A DNA stretch of 64,000 nucleotides, from contig NC_092676.1 of the NCBI RefSeq assembly GCF_964355755.1, forward strand, positions 19,548,871 to 19,612,870. The letters are read 5' to 3'. Position 1 is the stretch's first letter; every line of letters begins with the position of its first letter. The stretch is from Antedon mediterranea. Its lineage: Eukaryota > Animalia > Echinodermata. The notes below the pieces were generated by a model. The model had not been told where the DNA came from. It ran no database searches and worked only from the letters and a program-made list of their open reading frames with translations. This document shows positions 52,246 through 64,000 of the stretch, in pieces. Made by a program: the position numbers and the translations under genes.

Positions 52246-55200
52246 CCAACACCATTTTTGTGTATTTATTTTGTATTAATTAACCAAGATTACATATTTA
52301 TATCCTGAATTTGTTTATCTAACCACTACCGTTTTACAATTTAACATCACTCAAAAGTCATTGTCCTATCAACTTTAATAATAATTATATATTTAGGATA
52401 AATTATTAATATTTTTCATATTTATGAATACAGTAATCCTTATTTTGATTATTTTTCATATTAAAATTGCAAATTTAATTTAAAAAATTTTAATATTCTA
52501 CAATTTTCAAAAAAATGAATCATTAATTATCTTTAGGTTTATAAATTTATCAGATGTGGCTGGTATATCTGAACCCTGTAAAATAATAATAATAATATTT
52601 ATAATTGATGGTATGTATTCTTACTTGTTATATCTTTTTAATTTGTTTATGTTTTCATATTTATTAATTATTAAAGATTTCTTGGGTTAGTCTACCATCC
52701 AAACCTTCTGTTTCAATAATTAAAATGTCAAAACATCTTTAATAAAATATCATTTTGCATAAATTTTTATTTATATCATTCAACTCTGTTGGTTTTGCAT
52801 TAATTTATTATTATAGCTTTTAAAACATATTGTATGATGAGCCTGGTTATTCATATCTAGTGTGGTTATGCTGGGTTACTCTAGTTCAGGCTAGACTGCT
52901 ATGAACTGTCTTGCTAGGCCAAGGTTGTTCATCTAGCCAGTTCTGGATTATACAACCAACCAGACAAGAATAGAACCTGAGATCATATTCATGTGAAAAA
53001 AATACAAGTCACTTTATTAGGAGATACAAAAGAGTGGATTTATGGTATGTTTAGTCTGTCAATCAACAAATTTAAAAGGGATACAGAGGGGAAAATAGTT
53101 TTCATTGAGTTTAGTTTCGAAGTAACCTAGTTTTACTGTATAATGATTCATAATTTTCTACCAAAATATCAAACAAAAATAATTAGAATATCATTTTTAT
53201 TTATTAAATATTGAGAGCAGCCTTCAATTTTAGAATCAGGGGTTTGATGGATGGGGGAACAAGAAAAAAAACATAAAATTCACTGTAAACTTCTTTACTA
53301 TTGAATCAAGGACTGATATTAACGTCTTTGAGTCAAGCGGAGATGAGAGATTAAGAAACCTCAAATTCTACATCGATTAATTTGCAATTGGCTTGTCACT
53401 GTCCACATCATATGTGATGGTCTCGGAAAAATGCATCTTTCCAAGGAGAGGTGTTGTGGAAAAGTATGAGGGCAGGCTGTCGTCACCAACAACAAAGTAG
53501 AATGTTTCGGTTTTTGTTTCTTTGTCAAAATTGAAGTTGAAGGAGGACATAAATAGTGGATTTGTGTAATACTATATTATATTCATTTTTGTTATTAATT
53601 TCTATAGCAACGCAACTAAACAATATTTTATTTGGAAATACTGTATTTAAAAATCTTATTTCTATGTATGACAAATGTTTTATAATTATTTCCATAGCAG
53701 TGACTTAGCTATTTTGATTCATAAAAGACAGTTCTTGTTACTCAACACAAACTTTTGTAATGACATACTTTAGAAATTTAATACGAATGCTGCAGTAGGT
53801 TGTCTTGAAAGTGCGGCAGCGGTATTGAGTAGTGCGATGGCCTTGAACGGACCCAGAAACGCCAGTCAACAAAGCCTTTACTTGTGTTATTTCTACTATT
53901 ATTTTCCCAGAACTATGTAAACAGTAAAAAAAGTTACACAAAGAAGACAATTGTCTGTTTCATTATTAAAGTCAGCTTTTTATTGGTATAATTTAGAAAT
54001 CATTAGCAATTAGGTGCTGCCCTCAATATGTAATTGTTAGTTGGATCGATCCATTTGAATCACGGGTAATAAATAATAGAACATAGAAATTAGAACATTA
54101 TATAATTTGTAAAAACAATTCATCTATTTATATATTCAGTAATTAACCTATTTATTGTACTTTCAATATATTATTAAAAATTGTTTGATTTTATGTTTCC
54201 AAAGAAAAGTTTTCAAAAATTAGATATCTCTGGATAAAATTTTGTTTTAATATTTATATATTTTTCCTAATAATTAATAAGTATGATAAAAATGAACTTA
54301 AATTTAATATTTAATTGAATAATTATTATAATATTTATTTAATTTGTAATTAATAGAATCCTGGGTGTGACCTAGCACTCTTGTTTGCCATCATCCTCAT
54401 TTCTTCAATCCCCAACCACCAACTTTGAAACAACATAACATTTTATTCATTCAAATACAAACAATTCTTCATTTCATCATCATTCTGTTTTTGTTAAAAG
54501 AAGTTCATATCAGTAAACCTGTACTTGTAAAGTACTATAATATGATTATGATATGTATTCATAAATTTATTCTGATATTATTTGTCAGTAAGGGTAGTTA
54601 GGAGAATTAGTCATTGTTGTATAATAATAATAATATAAATAGATTGGTAAACACAATACATTCAAGGTCGTGGTGCTATAGTACTTTTCATAATACAGTA
54701 CACACAGAGTACAGATAACCTCTCATATCTGTGTATCCCTGTATCATACACCATGTTAACATCAAGATCGGTAATTAATATCATAATCATTGGGTAATCT
54801 CTTTCTTATCTTTTTGATTACAATGAATTTATGATTACAGTATTTTTAGAGCAAAAATTTCAACAACCAAAAAAAGTGTTCTGATCCTGTTTCAGAACCT
54901 TTTTTTTTTTTCAAGCTGAAATTGGCAAAACTTAACGAAAATAAATCTAATCTGTATTCTCTTTGATTTAAGCACTATTGAAAGCAATTTTAGCTTCGGA
55001 AACCTGTTTTGCGAAATCTTTATTTACAGAAATAATTTTGTTTAACGTGGAAAATATGCCAAGATTCTTATTTTTTTGGTAAAAGTACATTACAGGTCTT
55101 ACATATTAAGAGGAAGAAAACTATACATAAGCAATAAATACCCTGGTATACAAATAATACTTACGTCATCCTTCCATTTAATCTTATTGAGGACAAACAA

Positions 55201-56439
55201 AACCATAAAATTATTATATAAAAGTTCAGTGAAATACAGTATACAGATATTCATCTTATTATTCCACTAAAAATAGACTAAAAATAGCTTAACAACACAG
55301 CAATTAGTTTACAATATTTGTAGACTACTAGATTTGGATTAATAAGGTCAAGTGAGAAGTGTATTATTCAAAATTGAACCTTGATACTACTAAAGTACTT
55401 AATTCTGCCTTATTTTTATGTCCTTGACTCTTTCCCTCTGCTAGTAGTAGCTAGGTTGTTTTATTAACTGGGCCTTTAACCACATAAGGACCCCTTAGAT
55501 CTGGAGTACTAGGTAAACTGCTCCCCTATGTTGCTAAAATCAAATCTGCAACGCTACACACTCACCTATTTGGTTATTTTCTTATTTGTTAAATGTATTG
55601 TGTGATGTGTTCCAATTAAGCGATAACCTTGAAATACTGTAGTGGTGCTATTGTTGCTTTAAGATGCCTGTCATCCCAAGGTGATTGGTTCAAATCCTAT
55701 GTGGAACCAGGATTATAATGGCAATTAAGGCTCTGTCACACCTCCTTTGAATCTGTGCATATACATAATTAATATCTCATAGTTTTATTTTATTTATTTA
55801 AAATTTTTCAAAAATCATTTTATAATATTATTATTAGAGTTTCAATGTATGAAACACAACATTTTCTGCTAAAATGAGTTTGATAACGGAATTGTATTAA
55901 ATATTTTTATATCCACTAAAATTTGAAAAACTGTAAAATGTCATTAGTATAATTTTGTACCATTTCAATTTTTTCAATCATCGACATTTTTATTCCATAA
56001 TCAATATACATTCCACGACCTATATTCTATATTGCTAAATATAGGTGTCCTTCTGGACATAAGAAATTCACTTCCTAATAAACACCTATAGAGCCGGATA
56101 TTTCATACCCAAAATTTCCTCTCAGCCTAAATTACTTTTAACTGACCAACTTCCTATGTTTCCATGGCATTTAAAGTAACAATAACCGTTTGGTGCATCA
56201 TAATACACTACAGTACTTATATCTTCTCAAGCAGAAAGGATGATCAAAGAACTGAGAACTTGCAAAGATATCTTATTACTGAACTGGCCTAGAAATAAAT
56301 GAACTTATATGAAGTCATATAGAACAGAAATGAAATTAGATAAAATATGCAACCTTATCAACAACAAAAGTTTAAACGGGTCATTATACGGTCAAAAATT
56401 ATGGTTTTAAAAAATAATAACAGCAGGCCTTTACGATTG

Positions 56440-56790
56440 TTGAGTGTGAATCATCCCTTAAGGGCGGGGATGCGGATGTAACCCCTATTTTGAAAATTAT
56501 GACCAAACATAAAAGTACATACTTAATGCATAGCAGAAATAGGAACAGGCAGTGACGCTTATTATAGTTAAGTGTAATCCCATTTTTGAAAATTATAGCC
56601 AAAACTAAAAGTACATCATTTGTGTACAGCAGAGTCAGTAGACTTTTATGATAGTTGAGTGTAAACCTCATTTTTGAAAATTATAACCAACAAAAAAAGT
56701 ACATTATTTGTGCACAACTGAGGCAGCAGACTTTTATGATAGTTTAGGTGTGAATCGTCCCATAAATGTGGGGAAGCGAACGTAACCTCT
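56440..56790. repeat. Diverged ~90-bp tandem repeat (3 units)
   Basis: GTAA.CC..TTTTGAAAATTAT..CCAA.....AAAAGTACAT at ~56478, 56574 and 56661, bracketed by two GTGTGAATC.TCCC.TAA..G.GGGGA.GCG.A.GTAACC copies. Confidence 0.8.
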
Positions 56791-58064
56791 ATCATAAAAG
56801 GTTGAGGTCAATGCTTGATGTATTTCTACTGTTGCTTTTGTGGAAAAAATAATATTCACAATTATTAGACTGTATTGCTATTTGATTCAATTTGTAATTA
56901 TTGCTTTGCTTTAATACATATCTAAAAATAGTGAAATCGTCATTGAAATGCATGAAGGACGGCCTTGCTAACTATTTTATACAACCCTCGTCAAGGGCAC
57001 GTCCTTCGGGGTTTTCTGGTTTAATTCCCTGAGATAATTGTGTTCCTCTGATCAGCCAGAAAACTGTTAGTATTGACTAGGAACATTCCGGATACAATAC
57101 ATAGCAATTGGACTATGATAGATGATTTGACAATGCTTTTTCAGGTTGCTAGTGCTCAAATCGAGCAAGCGAGAATTAGTGCCATCGAACTTCTTTTAAC
57201 GCATTCACTACGAGAATGAATAATACTGCAGGAAGTTTTCGGTGCAGTTGAACGAATATTTATATTTTTGTTTACCAATGGCTGATTAAGTACTACCATG
57301 ATCAGTTTTTCCTCGTGATGCACACGTTTGAATGAGATCATGAATTTGTGAATGAGTTGAAACGAAGTTTGTGACCGGAATTGTAATTAATAATAGACTT
57401 GCTCCATTGATGTGAATTGTCTACGACAATATAACGTCTGACAATAGCCACAAAAATATTTATATAGCATCTGATCATAGATGCAACAATAGTTAGTTTT
57501 CAATTATAGATTCTATAATACCCATGTATGTAGATTTGCATTGTATGCAAGAAGGTACACAAAATAAAGTGTTATTGAAGACCGAACAAGCCAGACACAC
57601 TACTACTCACTACCTAATTCATTAAAATACTGAATAATTGTGAGAAATTATGTATTATTGTGTTAAAAAATTGACTTTTAATACTAATTCACTTGAGATT
57701 TTCCAAAATGTCCACATCTGGGTGTTCAAATTCTTTGTATTAAATATTGCAATAATCGATTATTTATTTCTTGGAAAGGGTCGTAGGACATGAACATGTA
57801 GACTCTGATTTTAAATTTGCAGGTTTTTTTTCCTAGGGTGACACCACAAACGTATTGCCTATTGATACATACTTCATGATTCTAGGCGACCAATGACACA
57901 ATCTACGTAGATTCTAGGTTTAAAAGGTTGAAAATTAAAAACTTAATATACTCCCGAAAATACGGTACTTTAGTTTTGTTTACAAGATATTATTTTCAAT
58001 TTAAATAAAAAAAAACTTTAGATATTTTCTATTCAGCTGTGATTTAAACATAAAGTTATACAGC

Positions 58065-58096
58065 ATGGTAGCATTTTTCAGTTCTGGTGTTTATCC
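58065..58096 (+). CDS. Candidate short N-terminal coding exon of an unidentified downstream gene (MVAFFSSGVY-P, phase-2 donor)
   Basis: Good Kozak context CAGCATGG, consensus donor CC|GTAAGT at 58097 and a locally CpG-enriched intron start. No homology is recognisable. Confidence 0.25.
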
Positions 58097-58704
58097 GTAA
58101 GTAATTAACGCGTACAGAGCAGTTGGTATCGATTTACCACTTCCCGTCGTCGCACTCTACAAAAAAAATCACTTTGTCGAAATAGAAACAACTATAACCA
58201 AATGATTATTTAAGCATGAGTTTGTTTTAGTATTGTTTCGCATTCAGTTACCATCTTTTTTCTGCGATGAAAACATGTGGGTGTTTTGAAGTTAACCTTG
58301 GCCTAACTCTACAATTATTAACCCATCACTGACATTATGATCGGCCAAGCCATGTATGAAAACAATGAAGGCATAATATCTGTAGTCTGAGAACAAAAAA
58401 TGAAAATAATTTGATTATTGACAAATTCGTTGTTTTCCACTTTATAAATTTACAGTGAAGTTTCTTAATGCGGTTTTTATCAATTAGGCAATATATTTAG
58501 TTTTATTTTCCTAGTTAAATATATTATTTAAATTAAGAATCAAAATATCTACCGTAACCAAATCTCTTGCCTTTCATCGATCTTACTTATCATACTTACC
58601 CTTACTATAGATACATCATAGACTAAGCTTTCACTTACGGTATATAAAATGTGCAAATTATATTCAATGGAAACAAAATATTCTATATAAAATAACTTTA
58701 TTAT

Positions 58705-58863
58705 AGCTCTGTCTACACTATCAAATTTTATGTGACAACAAAAATGTGATGTGCCCATATATGGACACGATGATGTCATACTACTACCATATTTGAGCAC
58801 ATCACTACCATATTTGAGCACAACACTTTTTTGTCAAACTAGTTTGATAGTGTAGACAGAGTT
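58705..58863 (+). mobile_element. MITE family A, intact copy (Tourist/Harbinger-like)
   Basis: TIRs AGCTCTGTCTACACTATCAAA / TTTGATAGTGTAGACAGAGTT in a T/A context, with internal tandem CACTACCATATTTGAGCAC-like units. At least six copies occur in this window. Confidence 0.9.
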
Positions 58864-59831
58864 TAACACAAGTTCTTGGCTAGAAAACAACCTAGTCATG
58901 ATATTGCAGGTTTTTCCCGTTGATGAATGGGGGTCAGTTCTCCTATGGGGCTATTATTTAATTCGTACAGTACATTTTTATGCATGGGCCTAGTTATGAA
59001 AACGAAACATTATGTTCTGATGAGTCAGAGAATGACTTTGGACTTTTTACGGCAGTTATTCAAGTTTACATTTACACATTAATGTCAATTTTGTCAACAA
59101 AAAAAAAGATTTTCTAGAGAAAAAAAAAATAGCACTTGACAATAGAAGCCTCGTTCGCGACACCCCTGTTAAGGGACACTTTTTAGTGAAAAAAATCATG
59201 GAGAAAAAATATGTTCTAACACTACAGCCAACTGCTATATTCAGAGGACACCCCTGTTAAACTGTGTTTTCTATTGTTTTAATGAATTTCTCTGGAAATA
59301 AAATCCAAACAATTCTTATTTATAGTCGTACTACTACTACTACTATACTCCAGTCAGATACTACCATATTTTTATACGATTTTATCCGACTGGGAAGTAA
59401 TCAAACTTGTAAATTGTTTGATTTCAATTTCCGCAGCAGCCAATTTTGAACAAGTTTGTAAAAATAAAATGATTCATGTCAAACCTGATTTAGAAATAAA
59501 TGAAAAATCTGTATTTATACTGACGTATTGTATTGAGTATTTACTATAATATTCGTAATTTTATTGAAAAGTATCTTGCATATTACCGCTTTAAATTAAG
59601 TAGCCAATACAGAGTGATAGCCATGTTAAAGTTAAACATCATTCATATTGACACAGGAAAATATGAGAGAAATTATATCATACGAATCATACTCGTTCAC
59701 ACTTCAGATATCACGATAACGATTCATATTAATATGAGAAAAAACATGATTAACTCTTTGAAGAATGACAGTAATGATGTTGATGGTAGCGAACGTCATC
59801 AGCTAGAGTCGCGGTCCCACGAGGGGTTATA

Positions 59832-59881
59832 ACCAATTTATACTGGCTCTATAAATATTCTGGACTAAGCAGGGTTCATTG
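59832..59881 (+). promoter_or_regulatory. TATA-box promoter
   Basis: CCAAT at 59833, TATAAATA at 59850 and Inr-like TTCATT with A at 59878, in a locally CpG-enriched patch. An NR5A-type TGGCCTTGG follows at 59884. Confidence 0.5.
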
Positions 59882-59929
59882 AGTGGCCTTGGCCCAAGCT
59901 AATCTAGTAGATATATCCAGTGGAACAAG

Positions 59930-60018
59930 ATGTTTGATTGTGACGTTAATTTCGCTGTATTCTCGACACCGACAGTGATCATGTGCAAGGACGTTGTATT
60001 TTTAGCACAGTGTCGTTC
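59930..60018 (+). CDS. Candidate first coding exon of an unidentified downstream gene (MFDCDVNFAVFSTPTVIMCKDVVFLAQCR-S, phase-2 donor)
   Basis: First ATG after the TATA/Inr, a second in-frame ATG at 59981, and an open frame to the donor TC|GTAAGC at 60019. No homology is recognisable. Confidence 0.35.
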
Positions 60019-63000
60019 GTAAGCACTTCCTACGCAAGTGCGCAAATCTTAGTTTTCTTTTTATAGTACTACTGTAGATGAAACCATATAGCCTAATCTG
60101 GACTGTTTATCAGAATTCAATTGTTTACCAACAGAGTGCTGCTAATCGCTTCTATTTGTAATGTCATATTATGTTCTACTCTATGGTCAGTTGTATCAGG
60201 CTAGTTGTAGGATATAACTGTCTTGAAGAACAAGTTTCTTTAGTGACGGGGACAAGTGTGATTATGTAAGAAACTTGTTTTATTGATGGAATAATGAATG
60301 TGAACTAAGTGGTCCTGTAGCTTAGTTTCCTTAGAATCCTAAGCCTTTGGTTTTATTCTTGTTTTGATCAATTTTTTTTTTATATTCTGTGGGTGTTTTT
60401 ATATAATTTTCCAATGCTATACTTGTGCTTAACTTCAAAATAACAAAATTGATCATTATTTATTTATACAAAGCTCTTGTTTCTGCCTCAAAATAAAATA
60501 TTTATTGTACTAGTACTATCAACCATAGGTCATCATTAGGTACTGTATACTTTTATATAATATACGCAAACATTAATTAATTTTAAAGAAAATTGTGTAG
60601 TATGTTATCTATAATTAAATAGATTCAGTGGTTAATATATTTTGTAGTTATTATTTATTATTTATGTAATGTTTTGCCCCTGAATTATATTGATTTAGTA
60701 ATTAGCCTTATAAGTGATATACTACATCATTAATTTTTAAAGGTTACAAATGTTGACAGTTTAATCAATTACAACCATTAAATTTAGACATAATCTATTT
60801 TGTAATTTCAATTCATATCAGATATTCAAGGACTTTAATAGATCATATTTTTTTTTTAATTTAAAATACTAGTATATTTATTATAAGGATATTTTTACAT
60901 CTATAAGTAATGTATTACATTAATGTAAACAAAATTAAATAATGAAATATAATAGGATAAAATTTGATAAATTTAGATTTAATGTTCACCTCACAATGTT
61001 CACCTCACAATGTTCTTTAAATTAAAAAGAAGCGACAATTAAATGTTTCATACTTTAATATTTCAACTTTTTCTAATTTATAAATATTAAGATAAGATAA
61101 AATATTTTGTTTTCAATAAATAGAATAAACTTTTTATAAGAATAATGGATGGTAAACAATATGTCAAATGTAACTGAATACTAGTTGACCTGTCTATATT
61201 GTTGACCTGTCATAGAAAGTACAGTACTGCTGGTACATTTTTTTTTATAGACACAATACACAATTTGTTTTAGCTTGGTCAGGATCACTTAGGTCAACAA
61301 TAATCAATCATAAACCATCTTGTGTATCCATGGACATGGCCTAGGCAGGTGGCACACAGCAACTACAAGTGTTCCTTGTAAGTTGATACTATTAATGCTA
61401 ATTCCATACAGTCATACCAACATCTATAACTTCCCCCAGACTTACCCAACCAGCGAGGGCAGTATTTAGCTTTTTCTTCTAAGGCAATAACATCCTATGA
61501 AGTAGGTCTGATATAAACCTGTAAAACACTACTACACAGGGTACTTTTGTTTCTAATAAGTAGACCATCTAACAAGTCTTGTTGTAAATTTTTATTTTTT
61601 TTGGTTCAAATTGTGAACATATCCCAATGGGTAATATTATTTCATGTTAACCTTCTGACCTCATAAACAAGTTCAAGTGAAAGACATTGAACTTTTAAAA
61701 CCCTGATGGATAAAATACACATGCCCTCAACAATGTTTGTTGATGTTATAATTAATTTACTTACTTTTTGTCTAATTCACTTTAAAATAGTGATCTGTTT
61801 AGTATGAAATTGTGATATACATGTATATATTTTAATTAAAAGAAATAAATAGAAATTATTTTTGGGTTCAGAGATAGTATACAACCTAATTAGTTATTTA
61901 TTACAATTAAATGTGAAATAATCACTTTCCAATACTGTTGTTAAGTGATAACCTATTTACTAGAAACCCAATTATTTATATCTGATGAAGTGAAAATGTC
62001 TAGGTAGGCTATCTATCTGTCTGCACTTTTATTTTTAATGAAGTTTATATTGTTTACAGTTGAATCATTTTGTGTATTCAAGTAGTATGTCAATTTATGC
62101 TAGCTTCTTCTATAAATTATGTAATATATATATATATATATTATTAATAATAATATATTATATATGTAAATAGTTTTAAAAAGTCTCCGAAATTGTGGGT
62201 TGGGGGTACATTAAACTTTAACAATTTGTTTATTTGGCATTCAATTAAATAAATACTCGATGGAAAAACAATACACAATGAAAAAGTCCTCTTAATCATA
62301 TACACCAAATGTTTTTCATAAAGTATATAAAAATGAATATTTTATGAAAAAGCTAAAAAAAAAACATTTTTGTTAGATAAATATTACAACCTGTATTGTT
62401 ACAAACATGTGAATTTATAATAAAAAAAAAAAGGGTAGGTTTCAAATTATTTTTAAAAAGCGGGATTATGAGAGATTATGTTTCATTAAAAAGACAGACA
62501 TATGTAGTCTGTCCATGGAATAATAATAATTACTCCATGGTCTTACTGGGTGTCTCTGGTAACACCATATTCAATAGTAAACAATAGACAATTGAGGGTT
62601 AGACACATATTCAAATGCAGTTCAAGGAAACATGGATTGAATTGAATCCTAGAGAGAAAAAAAACATAATTTTGCTTTTTTCCAAATAAGGTTGTTTTAA
62701 CGCTTTTCTCTCTGTCCGACCTTGTCTGGTATCTGTCACTAACATTGCGTCTGTCGGGAATTTAATTTCGTTTAATCTTTTCAATCACTTCATCTTCCTA
62801 AAGTCTTTTATTCTATGATCCCTTTGTTTCAGTATTTTAACTTTCACTTTGTATGATTTATAATATAGTCACATATTGACTATACTTCACATTTATTTAA
62901 ATAGATATATTTTTATTGTCTGAATCAAAATTTAAAATCTTTTTCACTTAAAGTTAAATAATAATTTAAAAACTTTCATTTGTGGCCCTTTAATATATTA

Positions 63001-64000
63001 CCTTGAACTATGGTGTTAGTATAAGTATAGGTTGTACTAAGGTAATTAAATTATTGTATATGTATTTGAAAGTCATCAATATGTATAGGCAAACTATTTT
63101 GACCTTTTGCTGGTGTCCTGACCTCAGTAATTGAGTGACCAATTAAATGTTTTACCTTGTGTGTTATTAAGCCACTGTGGCCTTTTTTTCTCTTGTAGAA
63201 CAAGGTTTTGGACTTGGCTCAAAACCCTTGATGACTGATGTGATTTTAAATGCTATACTATCCATGCTGTGGATAGACTACAACTTTTCATGAATATTCA
63301 TATAAATGGGAGGAGTTATCACATTGCTATGGGTCTATCTGAGACATTGATTTCAATAATTTAATTATTTTACTTTATATTTCAGATATGAACGAGTAAT
63401 TATGTAAATATTTACAGTTTTGCTGTGATAATATTCATAAATCATAATTGATTTTTTCATTTTTAAATTATAAATTTATATTCATAAAAGAAATAATATA
63501 TGTTTATAAATATTTATTATGAAAACATTTTATTTTGATACAATATAATTAATTATAGCAATGTACTACGTACGTATTATTATAACAAAGACACATGAGG
63601 GATTTTTGTACCATTTATAGTATTAACGTTGAACTTCCGTGTTTTAATCATACGAATAATATGACTGTAGTTAAACAATTCAATTCTTTGAAAATTTAGT
63701 ATGTTGAAGGCTTCTTACTTTTTAGGGGAATTTTGTCTTTAGTCATGTATTATGCAAAAGACCTGTCAATCTTCATAGTCACCGCCTACCCATGCTAGTC
63801 AGCCAACAAGAATGCCTTTTGTAATCAACTTCCTCTGCTTAATTTGCATAATATATTCAAGGTCGTCTGCTCTATGAGGTCATGCATGTCACCTAGTGCT
63901 AGCTTATAAAACTGCGGATGATAAGGTTTGACTACAAAGTAGCAAGGACGCATTGGTTATTGAACAGTGTGTAGTGTGCTCTCTCATAGATATCATCATT

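Overview
AT-rich eukaryotic genomic DNA from an animal, probably a marine invertebrate deuterostome. The repeat content is reminiscent of echinoderms, but the sequence alone does not prove this. One protein-coding segment is firmly recognisable: a + strand exon (ATG 30032, splice donor after 30623) encoding the N-terminal ~197 aa of an NR0B (DAX-1/SHP-type) orphan nuclear receptor with no DNA-binding domain. It ends at the FNP-D intron position conserved in vertebrate NR0B genes, and its terminal exon cannot be convincingly found in the remaining 33 kb. A CCAAT/TATA promoter with a non-coding first exon at ~11.2-11.5 kb probably starts a long + strand transcription unit, and CpG becomes scarce downstream of it. 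Two further candidate first exons lie at ~58.1 and ~59.9 kb. The rest is intron or intergenic DNA containing MITEs, hAT-type elements (one with a 5-bp TSD), a Helentron-associated element, LINE remnants (RTE, L2, CR1-like), tRNA- and 5S-derived SINEs, a 21-bp minisatellite responsible for the four long spurious ORFs at 41.2-42.7 kb, many NR5A/ERR-type motifs, and an excess of TACAGTA/TACTGTA and TAGGCCTA words that resemble transposon excision footprints.
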